A model generated the notes under the pieces. The model saw only the letters and a list, made by a program, of their open reading frames with translations. It did no database searches and was not told the DNA's origin. A DNA stretch of 39,568 nt. It comes from Candidatus Komeilibacteria bacterium. Its GTDB lineage: Bacteria; Patescibacteriota; Patescibacteriia; UBA1558; JAPLWL01. Where the stretch lies: assembly GCA_026396635.1 (NCBI GenBank), contig JAPLWL010000021.1:11928-51495 (forward strand), given 5' to 3'. This document shows, piece by piece, positions 33,996 to 39,568 of this stretch. Within the stretch, counting starts at the first letter, position 1. Each line of letters opens with the position of its first letter. Both the position numbers and the translations under genes were made by a program.

Positions 33996-34979
33996 TTACC
34001 ACAAACGATATTTTTTCACTTCTTTGTCTGTTAATAAACCAACCTGAGCGCCAACATGTCGTACAACATTACCACTTCTTAGCATAGCTAAACGCAAAGC
34101 TTTATTAATATCCCCATTAAAATGCTCTAAGCCAGCTACTAAGCTGGAACCAAAAGCATCGCCGGCGCCCGTGGTATTAACCGCCGTACCCAATAATTTT
34201 TTATGATAGTAAATTTTTTGCCCATCATAGACATAAGCGCCACGGGCGCCGCAACTAATCGCCACATACTTTGGACCCCAGGCTTTAATTTTTATCAACA
34301 AATCTTTAATGGGCGTGCCAATTTTAGCGCAGCCTAAAACCAATTCTTCGGCCTCTTCCTGATTAATAATAAAAACCGTCACCTTGGGCAATAAATCTTT
34401 AAAATATTTTTGACCCAGGGCTAACTGTTCTACTCCCGGATTCCAAGCCAGTTTGGTTGGTTTATTTTTAAGATAGCCAAAAATGGTTTTAACATTGCTT
34501 GCCTGCCCAGCGCCGACCAAAGATGACAAATAAATCCAGTCGGTTTTGATCTGCGATAAAACTTTAGTACTTAATTTAAAAAAGAGATTAGCCCCACGGT
34601 TAAGAAAAATTATATGATCTTTGGATTGGCCCGGCGTTACCACCAAAGAAAAAGCTGAATAAGCTTTATCGGTGTATTGGAGTAAAGAAGTGTCTACGCC
34701 TTCTTTATTTAAGTGCAAAATAATCATCTGACCAATTTGATCATCCCGCAAACAAAATAAAGTGCCAGTTTCAAAGCCTAATCTGGCAAAACTGACTGCC
34801 GTGTTGGCCGCGCCGCCGCCGAAAGTATATAAAATTTCTTTGGCCGCGACTTTGCTGCCATAAGAAAAGGCAGTTAATTCTTCTTGATTTTGACGAATTG
34901 TTCGCCCGGCATCAGTATAAAACATGATGTCTTGAGTAGCACCGCCAATTGTTAATATTTTATATTGTTTCATATGCAT
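33996..34979 (-). CDS. PfkB-family carbohydrate kinase (ribokinase-like)
   Basis: Motifs are ILTIGGATQDI, GGGAANTAV and TTGAGDAFGSSLVAGL. Confidence 0.85.
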   Translation of the reverse strand: MHMKQYKILTIGGATQDIMFYTDAGRTIRQNQEELTAFSYGSKVAAKEILYTFGGGAANTAVSFARLGFETGTLFCLRDDQIGQMIILHLNKEGVDTSLLQYTDKAYSAFSLVVTPGQSKDHIIFLNRGANLFFKLSTKVLSQIKTDWIYLSSLVGAGQASNVKTIFGYLKNKPTKLAWNPGVEQLALGQKYFKDLLPKVTVFIINQEEAEELVLGCAKIGTPIKDLLIKIKAWGPKYVAISCGARGAYVYDGQKIYYHKKLLGTAVNTTGAGDAFGSSLVAGLEHFNGDINKALRLAMLRSGNVVRHVGAQVGLLTDKEVKKYRLW

Positions 34980-35035
34980 TATTATAACAGAAAAAGTTTA
35001 TTTTAAATACATCCAAATAAAATACAAATCTAAAC

Positions 35036-35064
35036 TTGACAAAACAAACATATAGTGATATACT
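35036..35064 (+). promoter_or_regulatory. sigma70-type promoter (TTGACA-17-TATACT)
   Basis: TTGACA is at 35036-35041, followed by a 17-nt spacer and TATACT at 35059-35064. The promoter lies about 50 nt upstream of the ATG at 35117. Confidence 0.55.
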
Positions 35065-35116
35065 AATGATACAAATTGTCCTTCCGCAAAAACAACCCTC
35101 CAATAAGGAGCTTGTC

Positions 35117-35527
35117 ATGAAGTTATTTAACTTCTGTCTGGGCGCCGCTTTCATCTCGGCATTTCTCTTTCTTCTACTTGTGTTCGTTGTTCCAGAAAGC
35201 GCTTTCACCGCCATCGGGCTGACCAGCTTCACTACGATAGCTTGGTTGAAGTTCGCCCCGCTGGCCCTAACCGCATTCTTCTTCCTGCTGGGCTTGTACC
35301 CCTCCTACACAAAAAAGGAGTATGCCCGACTCATCGGATTGATCATCGGGACCGGCGTGGTCGGGATAGCGGCAGAAGCGCTACTTGTCGCGACAGGGGT
35401 GCTACTTATCTGGAAGTTCGGACTTTTAAAAGTCTGGGTCGCCTGCGTGGTAATAACCATTACCATCGGATTGCTGACAGCAAGAACTCATTCGGCAAAG
35501 CATGTCCACCCAGGAATTTCGACCTGA
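35117..35527 (+). CDS. hypothetical 4-TM membrane protein (136 aa), compositionally atypical
   Basis: An AAGGAG Shine-Dalgarno sequence lies 6 nt upstream of the ATG at 35117. Four hydrophobic helices are visible. Hand counts give 50% and 56% G+C in 35161-35260 and 35261-35360. A terminator follows. Confidence 0.6.
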   Translation: MKLFNFCLGAAFISAFLFLLLVFVVPESAFTAIGLTSFTTIAWLKFAPLALTAFFFLLGLYPSYTKKEYARLIGLIIGTGVVGIAAEALLVATGVLLIWKFGLLKVWVACVVITITIGLLTARTHSAKHVHPGIST

Positions 35528-35554
35528 TTTATCCCAGACCAACTCACGCATACA

Positions 35555-35595
35555 AAAAGGCGAGCACTGCACACTCAACGCAGGACTCGCCTTTT
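35555..35595 (+). terminator. intrinsic terminator
   Basis: AAAAGGCGAG (35555-35564) pairs with CTCGCCTTTT (35586-35595), and the T-rich sequence GTAATTTT follows. Confidence 0.55.
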
Positions 35596-35609
35596 GTAAT
35601 TTTACACAA

Positions 35610-35638
35610 TTGACAATCTGCCTAACGAATACTAAGAT
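35610..35638 (+). promoter_or_regulatory. possible sigma70-type promoter of hutU (TTGACA-17-TAAGAT)
   Basis: TTGACA is at 35610-35615, followed by a 17-nt spacer and TAAGAT at 35633-35638. Confidence 0.4.
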
Positions 35639-35673
35639 TTTAGTGCTATTTAATTAATTTTAATATATTTAAA

Positions 35674-37329
35674 ATGATAGAAATACCCAAGCTGATTACT
35701 GGCTCAAAACTTAATTGCCGCAATTGGCAAATTGAAGCCTTATTGCGGATGCTCGTCAACAACATTGTCCAAGGTGCTAAGCCGGAAGAATTGATTATCT
35801 ATGGCGGCCGCGGCAAAGCTGCCCGTAACTGGGACTGTTACCACGCCATTGTTCAAGAATTGCTCCACCTCCAACCCAACCAAACATTGCTAATTCAAAG
35901 CGGCAAACCGGTTGGGGTTATTACCACCAGTGAATATGCGCCCCGAGCTTTAATAGTTAACTCCATGATGGTGCCACTCTGGTCCACTGATGCCATTTTT
36001 TATGACCTAGAAGCCCGCGGACTCACCATGTACGGCCAAATGACGGCCGGCTCTTGGGCCTTTATTGGCCAACAAGGCATTATGCAAGGCACTTATGAAA
36101 CCTTTGCCGCGGCCGGTGCTGGCCCAGGTAAATTTTTATTTTCCGCTGGGCTTGGCAATATGGGTGGAGCTCAGGCTATTGCTGGAAAAATGACCGGTGC
36201 CGCTACCTTAATTGTAGAAATTGACGAAACTAAAGCTGAGCGCTGTCTTAAAGAGGGCTGGATTGATACTTACACCAAAGACATTGAACACGCTTTTCGT
36301 TTAATTGCCGAGGCTAAGAAAAATCAACAAGCCACCTCCATTGCTCTCATCGCTAACGTGGTTGATGTTTTGCAATGGCTTTTGACCCAAGATGCTAATA
36401 AATTACCGGACATTATCACTGACCAAACCGCTGCCCATGATCCATTAACTGGCTACTTCCCTACTGGTTTAAATTTTTTGGATGCTCTGGCCTTACGAAA
36501 AAACCAGCCCGAAGAATACATCAATCGTTGCAAGGTCACCATGGCCGAACATGTTACCTGCCTCTTAAAACTTCAGGAAAAAGGCATTACGGTTTTTGAT
36601 TACGGCAATGGCTTGCGTTTTCATGCTAAAGATCAAGGCGTACAAAATGCTTTTGATATCAAAGGTTTTGTGCCGCTCTATGTCCGACCATTATTCTGCG
36701 AAGGCCGCGGACCATTTAGAGTGGCGGCTTTATCCGGCGATCCCAAAGATATAGAAGTTATTGATGAAATTATCTTAAAACTATTCCCTGATAACCACCT
36801 ACTAGTTAATTGGATTGCCAAAGCTAAGAAATATATTAATTTTGCCAAGCAACCGGGCTTACCAGCCAGAGTTTGCTGGCTAGGCATGGGTGAACGCGCT
36901 CGGGCGGTTGAAGAAATTTGGTGGGCTATCCGCCGCGGACAAATCTCCGCGCCAATCTGGGTTGGCCGCGACCACCTTGATTGCGGCTCGGTGTCTTCTC
37001 CGGGCCGAGAAACCGAAGGCATGCTAGACGGCTCTGACGCCATTGCTGATTGGCCGATTTTAAATGCTTTAGTAGCCACGGCCAGCGGCGCCACCTGGGT
37101 TTCCGTCCATAACGGCGGCGGCGTGGGCATTGGCAAATCCATTCATGCCGGTCAATGTTTTGTTATTACTTCTTCAGAAAAAAGTTTATGGCAAGCTCAA
37201 AAAGTATTCACCAATGATCCATTGATGGGTATTATTCGCCACGCTGACGCCGGCTATCCGGATGCCCGGCAAGCTGCAGCCAAACATCAAATTCGCTTAC
37301 CCATGTTAGATAAACATTGGGAGAGCTAA
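35674..37329 (+). CDS. hutU: urocanate hydratase (urocanase)
   Basis: Matching segments are NWQIEALLRML, EELIIYGGRGKAARNW, LLIQSGKPVGV, MYGQMTAGSWAFIGQQGIMQGTYETF and GLGNMGGAQ (the NAD site). It is full length at 551 aa. Confidence 0.88.
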   Translation: MIEIPKLITGSKLNCRNWQIEALLRMLVNNIVQGAKPEELIIYGGRGKAARNWDCYHAIVQELLHLQPNQTLLIQSGKPVGVITTSEYAPRALIVNSMMVPLWSTDAIFYDLEARGLTMYGQMTAGSWAFIGQQGIMQGTYETFAAAGAGPGKFLFSAGLGNMGGAQAIAGKMTGAATLIVEIDETKAERCLKEGWIDTYTKDIEHAFRLIAEAKKNQQATSIALIANVVDVLQWLLTQDANKLPDIITDQTAAHDPLTGYFPTGLNFLDALALRKNQPEEYINRCKVTMAEHVTCLLKLQEKGITVFDYGNGLRFHAKDQGVQNAFDIKGFVPLYVRPLFCEGRGPFRVAALSGDPKDIEVIDEIILKLFPDNHLLVNWIAKAKKYINFAKQPGLPARVCWLGMGERARAVEEIWWAIRRGQISAPIWVGRDHLDCGSVSSPGRETEGMLDGSDAIADWPILNALVATASGATWVSVHNGGGVGIGKSIHAGQCFVITSSEKSLWQAQKVFTNDPLMGIIRHADAGYPDARQAAAKHQIRLPMLDKHWES

Positions 37330-37351
37330 AATAGAATCAACGCTAAATTTT

Positions 37352-37380
37352 AAAACCCTCCGACTTAATCGGAGGGTTTT
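37352..37380. terminator. bidirectional intrinsic terminator between convergent genes
   Basis: AAAACCCTCCGA (37352-37363) pairs with TCGGAGGGTTTT (37369-37380) around a 5-nt loop. The A-run and T-run give a U-tail on both strands. Confidence 0.75.
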
Positions 37381-37392
37381 AATATATCTAAA

Positions 37393-38208
37393 TTATTTAA
37401 TCTGATAGGTCAAGTTCATTTCTACCACCACATCCATTGGTCCATAAGGCACTGGATTAGAAACACCCGCTGCTCCACCGCCGCCACCTATGCCACCCTT
37501 TTCTCCGCCATAAGGATAGTTATAAGCTTGGTATGGCACCTGGATAAAATTTTCCCACCAGCCAGTAATATCACCTAATCGCACGCCAACTACCTTGGCA
37601 TATTCAGCTGATTTACTTTTAGCATCAGCCACGGCCTTAAGCCGAGCTTCATTTTTAAATTCATCCATGTCTTCCACTGTAAACATCACGTTATTAATTC
37701 GGTTGGCGCCAGCCGAGGTAACTTTTTCAATTAAACTGCTCATCTTGCTTAAATCCCGAACCGTCACGGTAACGGTTTGCAGCGCCTGATAGCCGGATAA
37801 ATTATTCTGGCCATTATCATATTGATAAACTGGATTTAATGAGTAGTCGGCGGTTTGCAGATCCTGATCAACAATGCCCACCGCTTTAATGGCCTGGGTA
37901 ATTTTTACCATGGCTTCCGAAGCGGTTTTATAAGCCTCGGCCGCATTGAAAGTTTTAGCGGTCTCTATGCCAACCGTAACCTTGGCCAAATCCGGCTTAA
38001 CCGAGATTTTGCCTTGGCCAACAATATTAACCGACCACTGCTGATTATTAACCAAGCGATCACGTAAAATTGCTACAACTACAATAGCGCCTAAAATTAT
38101 CGCTACTGCCAGCCACAGCCAAAATCGCTTTTGACCGCCAGAACAGCAGTCAACCTCACAACCACAATCTTGTTGATTGCAATCAACGCAAATATCTTGA
38201 TTTTCCAT
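37393..38208 (-). CDS. SIMPL/DUF541 domain protein with a Cys-rich N-terminal tail and TM anchor
   Basis: ISVKPDLAKVTVGIETAKTFNAAEAYKTASEAM...DYSLNPVY and ARLKAVADAKSKSAEYAK are typical of the SIMPL (BP26-like) family. The N-terminus is MENQDICVDCNQQDCGCEVDCCSGG, followed by a TM segment. Confidence 0.7.
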   Translation of the reverse strand: MENQDICVDCNQQDCGCEVDCCSGGQKRFWLWLAVAIILGAIVVVAILRDRLVNNQQWSVNIVGQGKISVKPDLAKVTVGIETAKTFNAAEAYKTASEAMVKITQAIKAVGIVDQDLQTADYSLNPVYQYDNGQNNLSGYQALQTVTVTVRDLSKMSSLIEKVTSAGANRINNVMFTVEDMDEFKNEARLKAVADAKSKSAEYAKVVGVRLGDITGWWENFIQVPYQAYNYPYGGEKGGIGGGGGAAGVSNPVPYGPMDVVVEMNLTYQIK

Positions 38209-38230
38209 AAAAATTTAAATTAAATTATTA

Positions 38231-39568
38231 TTAAAAGCTAGCTTGCAAATGAGCGTAAGGTGGCGAATTGCGATACCGCTGAATAGCGTAAGAAATTACC
38301 TCTTCTAGAAAATCCCCGTAATTTTGGCCAATCAACTCAGCTGAAGCCGGCACGCAGTCATTTTCATCAATGGATGGGTTAGGATTTAATTCCAAAACAA
38401 ATGGATTACCTTCTTTATCAACTCTAATTTCCACCCGGCCATAATCATGGCAATCTAAGATATTATAAGTATCCAAGGCAATTTCTGAAATAATTTTAGC
38501 TAATTTAGCCGGCACCAAAGCTGGCCGCTCAACTTTAATCAAATCATAAACTGAATTTTCGTGCCATTTGGCATCATAAGGATAAATGTGCCAAATATTT
38601 TTAGGCAAATCATCAAAAGTGGACCTGGATAAAGGCAAAACTATGGCCTCATCATCATTGCCAATGATAGTTACGTCATACTCATCACCTTCAATATATT
38701 CTTCAATTAAAGCCGCTGGCGCCAATTTTAAACAACGTTCAATCTGCTGACGTAATTGCTCCGGAGTAGTTACTACCGAATCATTGGTAATACCAATGGA
38801 GTTATCTGTGCTAGCTGGCTTAACCATTAATGGATAGCGTAAAGATGAATCAATTTCATCTTCAGTAGAAAAAGCATAATCCCATTTAGGCGTAGGGATA
38901 CTATGGTAATCTAATAATTTTTTAACCCTAATTTTATCAATGCACAAAGCCAAGGTCTGCGGATTAGAACCGGTATAGGGAATCTGCAAAATATCCAACA
39001 AAGAAGCACCATGCGGTTCCAAATAAGAAGAATCATTAATCCGTTCACAGACATTAAAAACAATATCCACATCCGCCCGCATTAATTTAATAATTGGCAA
39101 CGGATCTTCATTCATATCAAAAAAAGTAACTTTATGACCCCGGCCTTCTAAAGTTTTTTTAATAGAATTCCCAACTTTGGTTAAATCATTTTCAACCTCA
39201 CTATCGCCCCCGTAAATATTGCATAAAACTCCAACCTTTAACTTGGGCAAAGGCTTGGTTGGTAAATAACGCAACCGTTCAATTTTGGAACTCCGCAAAA
39301 TATGCTCCCGGATAACTGAAGCGGCTGAAAATGGATTCTTCCGTTTAGTTTGGCCAATAGAAGAAATCGGCTCATAAGGTGTAACGGTAATGGAAATTCC
39401 TTCTACAATTTCTTCTAAGTTTTGCTGGGCCTGGTAATGACTTTGGCCATGCGTCACAATCCAACCAATGCTTTCAAAGCCTGAGGGTGGCACCAAAACT
39501 GAATCCCCAACCTTTTTAAAAATTTTAATTTCATGAATATCTGAATGCCGATTTAAAGCCTTTAATCC
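38231..39568 (-). CDS. D-alanine--D-alanine ligase family ATP-grasp protein with an N-terminal extension (5' end outside the window)
   Basis: Motifs are LQIPYTGSNPQTLALCIDKIRVKKLL, YPLMVKPASTDNSIGI, EEYIEGDEYDVTIIG and GRVEIRVDKEGNPFVLELNPNPS. The frame stays open from 39496 to the window end (GLKALNRHSDIHEIKIFKKVGDSVL...), so the GTG in the ORF track is probably not the start. Confidence 0.75.
   Translation of the reverse strand, partial: GLKALNRHSDIHEIKIFKKVGDSVLVPPSGFESIGWIVTHGQSHYQAQQNLEEIVEGISITVTPYEPISSIGQTKRKNPFSAASVIREHILRSSKIERLRYLPTKPLPKLKVGVLCNIYGGDSEVENDLTKVGNSIKKTLEGRGHKVTFFDMNEDPLPIIKLMRADVDIVFNVCERINDSSYLEPHGASLLDILQIPYTGSNPQTLALCIDKIRVKKLLDYHSIPTPKWDYAFSTEDEIDSSLRYPLMVKPASTDNSIGITNDSVVTTPEQLRQQIERCLKLAPAALIEEYIEGDEYDVTIIGNDDEAIVLPLSRSTFDDLPKNIWHIYPYDAKWHENSVYDLIKVERPALVPAKLAKIISEIALDTYNILDCHDYGRVEIRVDKEGNPFVLELNPNPSIDENDCVPASAELIGQNYGDFLEEVISYAIQRYRNSPPYAHLQASF

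Noticed and set aside
35036-35116. The 27-codon N-terminal extension of the membrane-protein ORF (MTKQTYSDILMIQ...).
   Set aside because: It would start inside the -35 box of the promoter. The ATG at 35117 has a canonical AAGGAG Shine-Dalgarno sequence at optimal spacing.
34960-35232. A 90-aa minus-strand ORF overlapping the PfkB start and the promoter and 5' end of the GC-rich gene.
   Set aside because: It crosses a consensus promoter and is antisense to the better-supported plus-strand gene. It has no motifs.
35242-35613. A 123-aa plus-strand ORF (Arg/Pro-rich), together with the 154-aa minus-strand ORF at 36678-37142.
   Set aside because: These are out-of-frame or antisense shadows created by the locally high G+C of the membrane-protein gene and hutU. 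Their Arg/Pro/Ser-rich composition is typical of such artefacts.
1-39568. Possible alternative genetic code (UGA as a sense codon, as in some candidate phyla).
   Set aside because: TGA terminates several well-supported genes, including at ATGA stop/start overlaps (10530-10533, 28049-52, 32837-40). Conserved proteins show no in-frame TGA, so the standard code fits.
1-39568. CRISPR arrays, tRNA or rRNA genes, transposases and integrases.
   Set aside because: I found no regularly spaced direct repeats, no T-loop (GGTTCGAATCC-like) signatures, and no DDE, tyrosine or serine recombinase motifs while reading the sequence and ORFs. A tRNA or covariance-model scan would be needed to be certain.

Overview
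The window is a dense, AT-rich, almost fully co-directional genome fragment. Everything from 408 to 34979 is on the minus strand. The gene content resembles a small-genome Patescibacteria/CPR-type bacterium, which is an inference from content and architecture only. The standard genetic code applies, because TGA acts as a stop in several ATGA stop/start overlaps.

Reading along the minus strand from high to low coordinates, the content is:
- a Ddl-like ATP-grasp gene (partial) and a SIMPL/DUF541 gene;
- a plus-strand, GC-richer insert holding a small membrane protein gene and an orphan urocanase (hutU);
- a PfkB sugar kinase, a degenerate acetate-kinase homologue, a membrane protein and a CcdA/DsbD-like protein;
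- recJ, rnhA, holB, a BNR-repeat lipoprotein, frr, rseP and proS;
- mreB-mreC-mreD-pbp2, greA and a second mreB;
- an envelope-glycan locus (four GT4 glycosyltransferases, a WbaP-type priming transferase, a DUF4012 protein, murJ) with an RNase P RNA gene embedded in it;
- lepA.

The most unusual element is a translationally coupled block at 6458-11480 inside the glycan locus. It has a stand-alone PPDK/PEP-synthase-type ATP-grasp domain protein, three paralogous proteins ending in a PEP-utilizer swivel phospho-histidine domain (one split in two), and a PGAM-like histidine phosphatase. No PEP/pyruvate TIM-barrel domain is present anywhere in the window. I read this as a split, multi-carrier dikinase of the rifampicin-phosphotransferase / glucan-water-dikinase type with unknown substrate(s).

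Several housekeeping genes are interrupted. lepA has lost its P-loop, and holB, recJ, one GT4 gene and one swivel paralogue are broken. Two of the breaks sit in homopolymer runs, so sequencing or assembly error must be excluded before any biological reading.

I recognised no tRNA, rRNA, CRISPR array or transposase.
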